Shown: in pieces, positions 1-11,019 of the stretch | How the letters are laid out: the number at the start of each line of letters is the position of its first letter | How positions within the stretch are numbered: the first letter of the stretch is position 1 | Source of the DNA: Octopus sinensis | Lineage: Eukaryota | NCBI RefSeq assembly: GCF_006345805.1 | Contig: NW_021835855.1 | Coordinates: 1 to 37,882 of the forward strand | Length of the DNA: 37,882 bases | Reading direction: 5' to 3' | Made by a program: the position numbers and the translations under genes | Notes under the pieces: model-generated | The model's database searches: none | Seen by the model: the letters and a program-made list of their open reading frames with translations, nothing else | Told to the model about the DNA's origin: nothing

Positions 1-21
1 CACACACACACACACACACAC

Positions 22-122
22 GACGTCTTCTTTCAGTTTCCGTCTACCAAATTCATTCACATGCCTTTGGTTGGCCCGAGGCTATAGTAGAGGACACTTG
101 CCAAGGTGCCATGCAGTAGGCT
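22..122 (-). mobile_element. SINE family A, partial
   Basis: Reverse complement of the family-A body (tttcagtttccgtctaccaaa...gaggctatagtagaggacacttgccaaggtgcca), matching the full copies at 3507, 4313, 29707 and 35243. Confidence 0.8.
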
Positions 123-150
123 GATATATATATATATATATATATAATAT

Positions 151-184
<34 letters not shown>

Positions 185-240
185 GTGTGGTGTGTGTGTG
201 TGTGTGTGTGCACGCGCGCACGCGTGTGTGTGTATATATA

Positions 241-507
241 CAGTGGTGGACTGGCCAGGGTCCCAAGTTTCCCGATAGCAAATGGGCCCCTGCGCCATTA
301 GAATCCATATATGGGGGCCTATTTTAGTATCTACGGGGCCCATCTCCTCAAGTTTGAGAATTTTTTTATTCACTCCTGGAAGAATGCTTTAATTATTTCT
401 GCCTGGCTGTGTTTGTAGACAGCCGAAAAGAATACTTTTAACAAAAAAAAAACATTAAATGATAGCATTGTAGTTGCGGGTGGGCCCCCTTAGTTTCCTA
501 GCAACTG
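241..507. mobile_element. Possible MITE / hAT-like non-autonomous DNA element
   Basis: GC-richer island starting CAGTGGTGGACTGG and ending CAACTG between (TA)n tracts, with gggccc motifs near both ends. The terminal inverted match is very short. Confidence 0.25.
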
Positions 508-740
508 ATATATATATTATATATATTAATATTATATATATATAATATATGTATATATATATATATATACTATATATATATATAATATATATATTCAGTA
601 AAAGCAATTAAGATTCAGTGAGTTCTGTTGAATTCACATGAATGCGGTACTTAATTAACTTTGCAGCCTTAATAAAGGTGGTCTTCGTGCGAACAAACAA
701 TTGTACCGAAATATTGATCCATTTTTGTTGCTTTTTTTCT

Positions 741-799
<59 letters not shown>

Positions 800-824
800 A
801 TATATATATAAGATATTATATTCT

Positions 825-1009
825 CTAGCATGCCGGGAAAATGCTTAGCGGCATCTCATCTGTCTTCGTTCTAGGTTCAAGTTCTGCCGAGATCTCTTTG
901 CCTTCTGTTTATTTCGGGGTCGATAAAATAAGTACGTCGAACAATGGGGTCGATGTAATCGACTTACTCAGTTCCCGAAATTGCTGGCCTTATGCTAAAA
1001 TTTGAAACC
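825..1009 (+). mobile_element. SINE family C (tail ...gaaattgctggccttgtgccaaaatttgaaac), 5' truncated and degenerate
   Basis: Matches the family-C body (gcttagcgg...ggggtcgataaaataagtac) and tail seen at 5157, 6132, 7436 and 14416. Confidence 0.75.
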
Positions 1010-1052
1010 AATGTATGTGTATGTATATATATGCTTGTGTACACACACGCAC

Positions 1053-1282
1053 ACATACATACATACATACATACATACATACATACATACATACATACAT
1101 ACATACATACATACATACATACATACATACGTACGTACATACATACATACACACACACATACATACATACATACATACATACACACATACATACATACAT
1201 ACATACATACATACATACATACATACATACACACATACATACATACATACGCGCACACAGACTCTACTCCATCTGATCTCTC

Positions 1283-1328
<46 letters not shown>
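1053..1328. repeat. (CATA)n followed by (ATCT)n microsatellite
   Basis: Direct reading; explains the ORF-track entries 964-1389. Confidence 0.95.
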
Positions 1329-1329
<1 letters not shown>

Positions 1330-1843
1330 CAATCGACTTTCCGTATTATCAAAGGTATTCTGTTAAGTACTGACTACGCAGGTAGATAAAGGTTTCTTTC
1401 AGTGAAATGGTTAATGAAGTACCTTTATATGTTTTCTTTCCACAACACCTGCTTTCCCTGAAAATTAATGATTTACGTCATCATCGTCTAACGTTACCTA
1501 CATTCGTGTATACTTAGCTGCCATGTATGAATAAAATTGCGCGTGATCGATTTTTTTAATGTCTGGTTCTATTTGTTGCGTTAACCCGTAAAATGAAAAT
1601 GTTTCGTTGTCGTGGAAATGGCCCTCCTGCTGATCTAATAATAATACTAAATGTACCGACTGCTTGGTGGACTATGGCCTGATGTTCAACAAGATTGATC
1701 TGGTATCGCCTACTAATAGCTTGCTAAACCGAATTAGTGGACTCTATTCTGAAGTAAAACCTGATTGATCTGCTACCTAATCCAAATAACTTGGCAAAGA
1801 TAATAATAAATCTCTGAACGAGGTATAAACAGTAACTGCACGA

Positions 1844-2097
1844 CAATGTGAAGTATATTTGCCATCTAAATGTGGCTAACCACTAAGGGTGGATGTTACT
1901 GTAGCTTGTAGCTCCAAGAGAACATCTTCTCCAGCTGGCTATTGACACACTTTCTGTGCCCTATTGGTCGACGAGGGGAAGGATGGCTTCCCTTTGCAAA
2001 TACCGATAGGGCACAGAAAGTGCCTGGGGCTACAAGCTACAGTAACATCCACCCTTAGTGGTTAGCCACATATAGATGGCAAATATACTTCACATTG
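1844..2097. repeat. Fold-back inverted repeat made of two opposed copies of a dispersed repeat also present at 31505-31708
   Basis: 1844-1918 pairs with 2023-2097 (75 bp, 3 mismatches); 1948-1968 pairs with 2002-2022; 29-nt bulge on the left arm and 33-nt loop. Confidence 0.9.
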
Positions 2098-2405
2098 GTA
2101 AAGATAATTTTAATTCTAGTCTGAGGTTGAACCAAATTAATATGGCACCTATATCCAACAACTATGTAACCCAAACAGGGACCTCAGGATTGAGGAAGAA
2201 CCGTATGATGCGGTCCTTATTTCTGATGACTAGGGGTTAGCCACATATAGATGGCAAATATACTTCACATTGGTAAAGATAATTTTAATTCTAGTCTGAG
2301 GTTGAACCAAATTAATATGGCACCTATATCCAACAACTATGTAACCCAAACAGGGACCTCAGGATTGAGGAAGAACCGTATGATGCGGTCCTTATTTCTG
2401 ATGAC
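2056..2405 (+). repeat. Tandem duplication, 175-bp unit x2
   Basis: 2056-2230 and 2231-2405 are identical by eye except one base (tagtgg vs tagggg) near the unit start. Confidence 0.9.
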
Positions 2406-3089
2406 TTGGTTTCAGCTAATAGTTGGGCTCTAAACTGAAGTTGGATTACATTAACGAGATAACTAACCCTGACAGCGAGATGAGCAGAAGTAATGAAGAG
2501 TAAAGTATTCTGTCCAGGAATAGAACAAACCAAATCTGAGCACGTTATGAGTGAACGTATAGGCTCGCCATTTTATCAACTCGGCCAACTCGCTAAGTTT
2601 ATATAAATATTCAAGTACGTAAATATGTATGCATGTGTATGTATAAATGCGTTTGATGAAACGGTTGGAACCCCGATTAGAAATTAAATCACGAACTCGA
2701 AATTGCAGGGTTTATGTATTCACTAAAGCCTTTGCCCCAACCAAAATTTTCTATGAGGATGTGAATTAGAAATTCGTAGTCACGGCATTCTTTTATAGAT
2801 TAAATCATTATTTCTTACGTTAGAATAAATACTGATAATTAAGAACAGGAAGCTTGAAGGGAGAAGCTGTGACATTCGTGCTGTATTCAGAACATTAGTG
2901 ATGTAAGTAAAATGTATTTGTTCAAAAGAGATTGATGCCTATAATATACCTCGTGTAAGTCTTTTCTTCCAGTTTATGATATTCACCGTATTCAGTAAAT
3001 AAAGGTGGTATTTCTGTAAGGGCATCAGGCCATGTTTTGCAAAGAAGAGACTACGAATAACTGATTCGCTGTATATCACAAAAAGGTAA

Positions 3090-3338
3090 CTACTATTTCG
3101 GGACTTAAGGCTCATAGGGCCTGTCACTCTGGTTTTCATTGTGCATAAGTAACGGAGATCACAGCATTCCTCACGAACGGAACGTCAGTCAGACGCAAGG
3201 TCCTTTATTTACAGCTTAGTGGACTGGACCGATGTGAAATGAAGTATTTTGCTCAAGAACACAACGCACCACCATGTCCAGGAACTGAAACCCCGATCTT
3301 CTTTGCAGCGCCCTAACCACTAAGCCACGCTCCTTCAC
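3090..3338 (-). mobile_element. tRNA-derived SINE with CORE-like domain, degenerate
   Basis: Minus strand reads gtgaaggagcgtggcttagtggttagggcg (A box), gtttcagttcc (B-box-like), then tgtgttcttgagcaaaatacttcatttcac; related to 12238 and 34459. Confidence 0.7.
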
Positions 3339-3506
3339 GATATATTATAACTACAAATATTTTATCAGTTATGCATGCTACGATGAACGGTCAAGCCATC
3401 TCATCTTAATTGGTATGAAAGAAGTTATCAGTTATTTCCTCTGATCCTACATTCAGTAAGTTTTTGTGCCGCTTCCAAACTCAAAATAAGTTTTTCAATA
3501 GTTATA

Positions 3507-3908
3507 GGCGTAGGAGAGGCTGTGTGGTAAGTAGCTTGCTTACGAACCACATGGTTCCGGGTTCAGTCCCACTGCGTGGCAACTTGGTCAAGTGTCTTTT
3601 ACTATAGCCTCGGGCCGACCACAGCCTTGTGAGTGAAAGAAGCCCGTCGTATATATGTATATGTGCGTGTGTGTGTGTGCGTGTTTGTGTGTCTGTGTTT
3701 GTCCCCCCAACATCGCCTGGCAACCGATGCTGGTGTGTTTACGTCCCCGTAACTTAGCGGTTCAGCAAAAGACACCGATAGAATAAGTACTAGGCTTACA
3801 AAGAATAAGTCCTGGGGTCGATTTGCTCGACTAAAAGGCGGTGCTCCAGCATGGCCACAGTCACATGACTGAAGCAAGTATAAGAGTAAAGAGTAAAGAG
3901 TAAAAGAG
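3507..3908 (+). mobile_element. SINE family A, near full length (20-nt internal deletion)
   Basis: tRNA-like head ggcgtagga..tgtgtggtaagtagc..ggttccgggttcagtccc, internal (TA)/(TG) tract, (TAAAGAG)n-type tail. Confidence 0.9.
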
Positions 3909-4312
3909 AGTTAAGGAACAGGAATATCAAAAGTCAGATTATTCAAACATATTACTCAGGGAGATTTAAACTGTTCCGTGGAAATATAAACCGTACAGTG
4001 AACTTGACTTACTAATAGCTTACACCTTCAAGACAGCATGTGATGGTCATAGGAGCATCGGATAGGTTATCTTACTGTATCCTTTCCGTTTCTCTGTGCA
4101 CTGAATTCAAATGCTGTTGAGATCAAATTTGCTTTTCATACTTCGAGGTTAATATACATAGACTCTAAATCCTATATAATGGTCGAATTTTCTGTTTACC
4201 CCTCTCTTTATACCTCTCTATCTTCCTCTTTCTCTGAATGAAATTGGCTGCAATCAAACATGAAAAGGAATGGACGCCACCTGCTCTAAACCGAAGCCTA
4301 AGACACGCTATA

Positions 4313-4473
4313 GGCGCAGGAGTGGCAGTGTGGTAAGTAGCTTGCTTACCAACCACATAGTTCCGGGTTCAGTCCCACTGCGTAGCACTGGGCAAGTGTC
4401 TTCTACTATAGCCTCGGACCGATCAAAGCCTTGTGAGTGGATTTGGTAGACGGAAACTGAAAGAAGCCCGTCG

Positions 4474-4551
<78 letters not shown>

Positions 4552-4570
4552 GTATAATTATATATATATA

Positions 4571-4602
<32 letters not shown>

Positions 4603-4613
4603 CTATATATATC

Positions 4614-4646
<33 letters not shown>

Positions 4647-4952
4647 TATATATATATAATATATATACATATATATATATGTATTGTATGTATGTATGTA
4701 TGTATGTATGTATGTATGTATGTATGTAGTGCGTATATGTTTGTGTGTCTGTGTTTGTCCCCCCAGCATCGCTTGATAACCGATGCTGGTGTGTTTACGT
4801 CCCCGTAACTTAGCGGTTCGGCCAAAAGAGACCGATAGAATAAGTGCTAGGCATACAAAGAATAAGTCCTGGGCGGTCGATTTGCTCGACTAAAGCCGGT
4901 GCTCCAGCATGGCCACAGTCACATGACTGAAACAAGTAAAAGACTAAAAGAG
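4313..4952 (+). mobile_element. SINE family A with internal (TA)n/(TATG)n expanded to about 250 bp
   Basis: Same head, body and tail as 3507; microsatellite at about 4473-4727. Confidence 0.9.
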
Positions 4953-5156
4953 CATATGTTATGTCGTCGCTCCTGCGATTCCATCCGGAGTAGATGATCC
5001 AAAGCCAGACAAGCTTATGTCTGGTTCTACGAATCTCTGTGAGCTATAAATAGATATGAGTTTGTTGCACAATTCATATAAAGAAAATTGTTTAGTCTTT
5101 TCAATCGATCAGAGTATATTACATCAACATATTTCATACACACACAAATATATATT

Positions 5157-5361
5157 CGTTTCAAATGTTGGCACAGGGCCAGTAATTTCGGGAGCAAGAG
5201 TAAGTTGATTAAATTGACCGAACTGATACTCATTTTATCTCCCTGAAAGGATGAAAGGCAAAGTCAACCACGGCGGAATTTGAACTCGGAACGTTGAGAC
5301 GAATGAAATGCCGCTAAGCTTTTGTCCAGTGTGCTAACGATTTTGTCAGCTTTTTGCCGCC

Positions 5362-5362
<1 letters not shown>
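5157..5362 (-). mobile_element. SINE family C
   Basis: Reverse complement of the C head (ggcggcaaaaagctgacaaaatcgttagc), gttccgagttcaaattccgcc B box and ttgcctttcatccttt central motif. Confidence 0.8.
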
Positions 5363-5427
<65 letters not shown>

Positions 5428-5562
5428 TATTAAATATAATAAAAGAATAATATAATAATATAAAGAAGAGAAGAAGAAGAAGAAGAAGAAGAAGAAGAAG
5501 AAGAAGAAGAAGAACAACAACAACAACAACAACAACAACAAAAACAACAACAATAACAACAA
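5363..5562. repeat. Compound (AAT)n-(AGA)n-(AAC)n microsatellite
   Basis: Direct reading. Confidence 0.95.
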
Positions 5563-6103
5563 ATGCCATGATGCAGTACCAGCTTCTGATCTTAACTGAT
5601 TGGAAATGTTATCACGTACATTATTTTGCCTTGGTATAAAAGATGAGCTACAGCAAATATTCTGCTCAATACCACAGATTTGCTTGTCAGTTGTTTGACC
5701 TTAACCAGTTGAGCATGTCCCTTAGTGACTGACGATATGTGCATCTCTGATCACGAGCATAAGTAATGAGGGAGCATCATAGCCATGTGTTGAGAGGGAT
5801 TATTTGGGGTTTGAATAATTCACCTCTGGAAACATGGGTGTTTCTTTGAACATCCTTAAAAAGCCCTTATTCAAGGACCTTTTGAGCGGGATGGGTTACT
5901 CGACCAGAAGAAAATTCTAACTGGGACCCACCTGCAAAGTCATGTACTGTTTATCTTGATATGAGACCCCTATGTCGCGCAAATATGGTTATGATGCATG
6001 TGCCTAGTGTATCCTTATCAGACGGGTAGTCATGATGGGTATATTGGGTTTCGTATATTTTGCCCCAGTGTCACTTTGATGGCATGCACTGCTCTCTCAC
6101 TCA
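5563..6103 (-). mobile_element. Non-coding dispersed element D (copy 1) embedded in trinucleotide arrays
   Basis: Collinear reverse-complement match over its whole length to 36082-36734, with the same termini (tgagtgagagagcagtgcatgcc ... ggtactgcatca[t/g]ggca). Strand is assigned by inference. Confidence 0.85.
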
Positions 6104-6131
6104 ATAATAATAACAATAATAATAATAACAA

Positions 6132-6347
6132 TTGTTTCAAATTTTGGCACAAGGCCAGCAATTTTGGTGGGGGCGTAAATCGATTACATCGATTCCTGTA
6201 CACAACTGGTGCTTATTTTATCGACCTTGCAAGGGATAAAAGGTAAAGTCGACCTCGGCGGAATTTAAACTCGGAACGTAAAGACGGACGAAATACCGCT
6301 AAGAATTTTGCTCTGCGTGCTTAACGATTCTGCTAGCTCACCGCCTT
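6132..6347 (-). mobile_element. SINE family C, full length
   Basis: Minus strand: aaggcggtgagctagcagaatcgttaagc head ... tail aaattgctggccttgtgccaaaatttgaaac. Confidence 0.9.
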
Positions 6348-6356
6348 GCGCTCACG

Positions 6357-6405
<49 letters not shown>

Positions 6406-7084
6406 GCACACACACACACACACATTAATATAAATTACAACATATTTAGGCTTGTATTCTAATGTTTCAGCAGTCCGTTGTCCTTTCACTCAATGAATAA
6501 TGGAGACACGCGGAGACGAGAATTTCTCAAGTGAATATAAATTATTCTAGAAATAATATACAACAGTGATTTAACAGAAATTTAAATATGTTTCGCTGCT
6601 GTTCTCCGCTGTTCTCTCCGTGAAGTTCTTTATCTCGCTTACAATAGCAATACTGAATGGCGGACGATTTTGAAAAGAGGCAAACTGAATGTATTAAACA
6701 AACAAATAACTAACGCAGAATTCCAAAATATGAATACAGAAGCTGGTATTGTTAACTAGATGTTCGCTCCATTACACTCCTCTTTTACGCTGTTATCTTC
6801 ACTCTTTCTTCTATTTGATATTCTGTAATGTAGTATCAGGTGAGATATATTGTTGTTTTCAAGATTCGTATTCGGTTAATACATAGTATCATACAATTCG
6901 AGTCACGTGAAATGCTTTAAACTGTACACTTAGTCATTTTCTCACGCCATTTTCCTCTAAAGAATTTATTTGTTTAACATTTATTTATTGTTTTTTTTTT
7001 GTTTTTTGCCTCCTTGTTAATTATTATTGACATCTGACACAAACACGAAGCTACGAGTACTTGACAAAGAAAAAAAAACAATAA

Positions 7085-7400
7085 ATATCGACCCTAGTTC
7101 TTGACTGGTACAGATCTTATCAGCTCCTGAAAGAGGAAAGACAAAGTTGGCTTTAGCGGGTTGTCATAAATACCACAAGGTATTTTCCCGTTGCTCTACC
7201 AATTACACCAGCCCACTGCCATCCTCTTAACAAGTATTGAACTATTAAAATATTGATTTCTAATAATGACACAAGCTTAAACATTCAGCGGGAGTGTTTT
7301 GTCGATTATATCGTCCCAGTGTTTCAGTGGTACTTAAGTTTATCGACCCCAAAATGTTAAATGGCGAAGTCGACTTCATTGGGATAAGAACTCAGAACAC
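7085..7400 (-). mobile_element. Degenerate SINE family C fragments
   Basis: Partial matches to ctggtac..ttatcgacccc..aaaggcaaagtcgac motifs. Confidence 0.5.
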
Positions 7401-7435
7401 GAGTCAAATCTTCTTGAAATCACACCGACCATATT

Positions 7436-7776
7436 AGTTTCAAATTTTGGCACAAGGCCAGTAATTTCGGAGGTGGAAGTAAGTCGATTTCGTCGCCCCC
7501 AGTGTTCGACTAGTTCTTATTTTATCGACCCCAAAAGGATGAGAGGCAAAGTCAACCTCGGCGGAATTTGAACTCAGAACGTAGCGTCAGACGAAATACC
7601 TATTTCTTTATTACCAACAAGGGGCTAAACATAGAGGACACAAACAAGGACAGACAAACGGATTCAGTCGATTACATCGACCGCAGTACGTAACTGGTAC
7701 TTAATTTATCGACCCCGAAAGGAGGAAAGGCAAAGTCGACCTCGGCGGAATTTGAACTCAGAACGTAGCGGCAGAC
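7436..7776 (-). mobile_element. Dimeric SINE family C (two bodies, two different tails)
   Basis: Two successive gttctgagttcaaattccgccgagg bodies joined at aaagaaatag|gtatttcgtctg (sense). Confidence 0.85.
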
Positions 7777-7879
7777 CTGTTCACATAAAGAATCTTGCAA
7801 GCCAGATACAAAGACGAAATAAATTAAATTGAACTTGTGTTGTAAGATTCCTGATGTGAAGTCTTTTGTTGAAACAGAT

Positions 7880-8250
7880 ATTTTTGTATTTCGGGATGGT
7901 CATTTTTCTTTTCTTTTTTTTTTCCAAATAAACACACGCACTATATATTCGTTCGTCCCTCGTTTAATACTGTTCTTATTCTAACTCATGTCATTTGTCC
8001 AAAAATCTTTCGTGTTACATCTGTGACCTCCTCGGCGACGCTTTCCATCTTCGTATGTGCTCTTGCTCAGCTTACTCTGTTCTGTATTCTTATATATGCA
8101 TGCGTCTGTGTTTGTGTATGTGTGTACATGTGTGTGTGTGTCATTGTTCTTAGTTGCACTATGACCCTCCTCTCAGCTCCGTCCCCTACCCCTTGCTACT
8201 GCTGCAGCCCTAGACCCCGACTTTTTGTACCCTTCTTGTAACGCACTGTG
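7880..8250. repeat. Left arm of diverged inverted repeat (partner 8445-8845); possibly Penelope-like terminal repeat
   Basis: Collinear with the reverse complement of 8445-8845 (ccaaataaacac..ctgttcttattctaactcatgtc..ctgtgacctc..tgtgctcttgctc..gcactatgacc..tcttgtaac.cactgtg); ORFs 8023 (+) and 8373 (-) give similar peptides. Confidence 0.85.
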
Positions 8251-8444
8251 TTTGTGTATTCGCTCACACTGCTGAAATCGTGGTAGTTGTTCTTGTTATA
8301 GTTGCTGTTGTTGTTGTTGCTGTTGTCATTGTTGTTAGTCGTGTTATTGATATTGTTGAGGCGTCTGTAAAGTTACCGTATGCTTCCTATGCTGTTTGTA
8401 GTGGTGCCCTTTATACATTTTTTTGTGCTTTTTTTTACACAGTG

Positions 8445-8544
8445 AGTTACAAGAACAGTACAAAAGTTGGGTTCAAGGGTAGCAACAGCGGAAACGGGGT
8501 AGAGGACGGGAGCTGAGGGAAGGTCATAGTGCTTCAAAGAGCAA

Positions 8545-8585
<41 letters not shown>

Positions 8586-8845
8586 CACCCACAGACACAA
8601 ACACATGCATGTGTGCATAAAGATACATATCATCGAACAGAAAGGAATAAGCAGAGCAAGAGCACACACGAAGGCGGAAAGTGTCACTGATGAGGTCACA
8701 GACGTGTGACGAATGATTTCCAGACAATGGACATGAGTTAGAATAAGAACAGTAATAAACGAATGAAGAACGAATGTATAGGGCGCGTGTTTATTTGGAA
8801 AAACAAAAATAAATAATAATAAATGCCCATCTCAAAATACAAGAG
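8445..8845. repeat. Right arm of diverged inverted repeat, with a degenerate hammerhead-like core on the + strand
   Basis: See left arm; contains ctgatgaggtcacagacgtgtgacgaa at about 8687-8713. Confidence 0.8.
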
Positions 8846-9207
8846 AAGTAAACTAAAATCTTACGTCAAAATTTCAAATAGATTTCTTTTCCAAGCAGCA
8901 GTTTAATAATGACAAAGATATTTTACTAATTCTTCATAAATTTTTTAATTAATTGCAACAAAAGCCTGTGTATTTCAACAGAAATATGGAAACAAATGAG
9001 TTAAACACTTAGTGACAATTGAAGAACTGAAAAGAAGAATCTAGGGAAATAACATATCTTCTACTATTTCATTCAATGACGATGACAGCTAGTTGACATG
9101 TCTAATCTAGCTGCCAATATCAATGAAGGTGAGTCATTGAAAAATATCTTTTACATTTATATATATATAACGACGACGATGTTGATGATGATGGAGGTGA
9201 TGATGGA

Positions 9208-9241
<34 letters not shown>

Positions 9242-9427
9242 GCAGCGGCGGCGGTGGTCGTGGTGGTGGTGATAATGATGATGATGATGAGTGGAAAAGA
9301 GACTTTTAGATCATGGTCTCAAGGCAAGCAGTTTGAGGAATGAGGTAAGTAGATGACATCGACCCGAATGTTCAAATGTTTGGTGTGTCAACTGACAAAA
9401 AATTAACTGCAGATTATTTTTCACTAG

Positions 9428-9735
9428 GAATGTTTGTTCCTTTTCGAGCCATGCTTGGCTCATAAGTGCCGGTTTCCCGGTTCCCTTGGCGTATAGGTTC
9501 CCCACCTGGACGTGACGCCGGTCCGTCGCAGGTGAGCTGCAAGATGCAGGAGGAAAGAATGAGAGAAAGTTGTGGCGAAAGAGTCAGCAGAAGTTTGCCA
9601 TTACCTTCTCGCCGGATCCGCGTGGAGCTTAGGTGTTTCGCTCATAAACACACACATCGCCCGGTCTGAGATTCGAACCCGCGATCCATCGACCGCGAGT
9701 CCGCTGCTCTAACCACTAGGCCATGTGCCTCCACC
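9428..9735 (-). mobile_element. SINE family B, tail type 2
   Basis: tRNA-like head ggaggcacatggcctagtggttagagcagcggactcgcgg..gggttcgaatc; 7-bp TSD tcactag at 9421-9427 and 9736-9742. Confidence 0.9.
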
Positions 9736-10003
9736 TCACTAGCAATAATAAAAGTATTTGACAGCTAAGATAAAGTATGATTTTGACACATCCGTGCAGT
9801 TTGTTACGGTCTGCTTTTTTATGCATTAGTTAGAAGAATAATGGCAGAGCCTATGACCCCTCCGGGGTCTCTGAGTCTGGTGAATGGAAGGGAGGAAATT
9901 ATCTCCACAATGAAAAACTGACATGAATGATGGAATTATTCCTTTGCATCAATTGTCTACTTTCAGTCACTATCAACATGCAAACTTACACAGATAATCT
10001 TTT

Positions 10004-10396
10004 CTACTCTATGCAGAAGATCCGAATTTTTTTTGGCGGTGGGGGTAGTTGATTAGGTCGACCCAGTACGCAACTGGTACTTAACTTATCGACCCTGAAA
10101 GGAGAAAGGCAAAGTCGACCTCAGCGGAATTTGAACTCAGAACATAAAGACAGACGAGATACCTATTTCTTTACTACCCACAAGGAGCTAAACTTAGAGA
10201 GGACAAACAAGGACAGACAGACGGATTAAGTCGCTTACATCGACCCCACTGCGTAACTGGTACTTATTTAATCGATTCTGAAAGGATGAAAGGCAAAGTT
10301 GACCTCGGCGGAATTTGAACTCAGAAAGTAGCGGCAGACGAAATACCGCTAAGCATTTCGCCCGGCATGCTAACGTTTCTGCCAGTTCGTAGCCTT
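10004..10396 (-). mobile_element. Dimeric SINE family C (one head, two bodies, two tails)
   Basis: Sense: head ggctacgaactggcagaaacgttagc, body 1, tail ...aaagaaatag, gtatctcgtctg body 2, tail ...cggatcttctgcatagagtagaaaaga. Confidence 0.85.
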
Positions 10397-10497
10397 AAAC
10401 TTACACAAATAATACGAGCCTTCGTTCTATGCTCAATCGTTATCCATATACGACCCATATACCTCGTTTTAAATTTGTCCTGACTCCATCAACAGAG

Positions 10498-10797
10498 TGG
10501 AGACACATGGCCTAGTGGTTAGAGCAGCGGATTCGCGGTCGAGGGATCGCGGGTTCGAATCTCAGACCGGGTGATGTGTGTGTTTATGAGCGAAACACCT
10601 AAGCTCCATACGGGTCCGGCAGAAGGTAATGGCGAACGTCTGCTGACTCTTTGGCCACAACTTTCTCTCACTCTTTCCTCATGCATCTTGCAGCTCACCT
10701 GCGACGGACCGGCGTCACGTCCAGGTGGGGAACCTATACGCCAAGAAAACCTGGAAACCGGCTCTTATGAGCCAGGCGTGGCTCGAGAAGGAACAAA
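10498..10797 (+). mobile_element. SINE family B, tail type 2
   Basis: 12-bp TSD ccatcaacagag at 10486-10497 and 10798-10809; inverted relative to the 9428 copy. Confidence 0.92.
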
Positions 10798-11019
10798 CCA
10801 TCAACAGAGACTGCCTAAGTACCCACCAATGGCTTTGTGCCCATTTTGTTTTCTTCAATAACAGGCAACACTACAAGTACACATATGAAAACAAAATCTC
10901 TCTTAATCTCTTAATCGGTTTTAATGTTAGGTGTCGCCATCTCGAATAACTTTCTGTAGTGTCTGTACATCAGTAATATAATCAGACACAGCATAGAGGT
11001 TAAGAATTTCGCTTCCTAG

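Noticed and set aside
964-1389. Overlapping ORFs of 87-124 aa (MYVC.., HTYI..)
   Set aside because: Pure (CATA)n/(ATCT)n read-through; no coding signal.
2222-2245. CTGATGA motif in both copies of the 175-bp duplication (possible hammerhead)
   Set aside because: No stem II followed by GAAA downstream.
9318-9358. 35-nt AG...GAG|GTAAGT mini-exon candidate
   Set aside because: Good donor but purine-rich, weak acceptor and no recognisable peptide.
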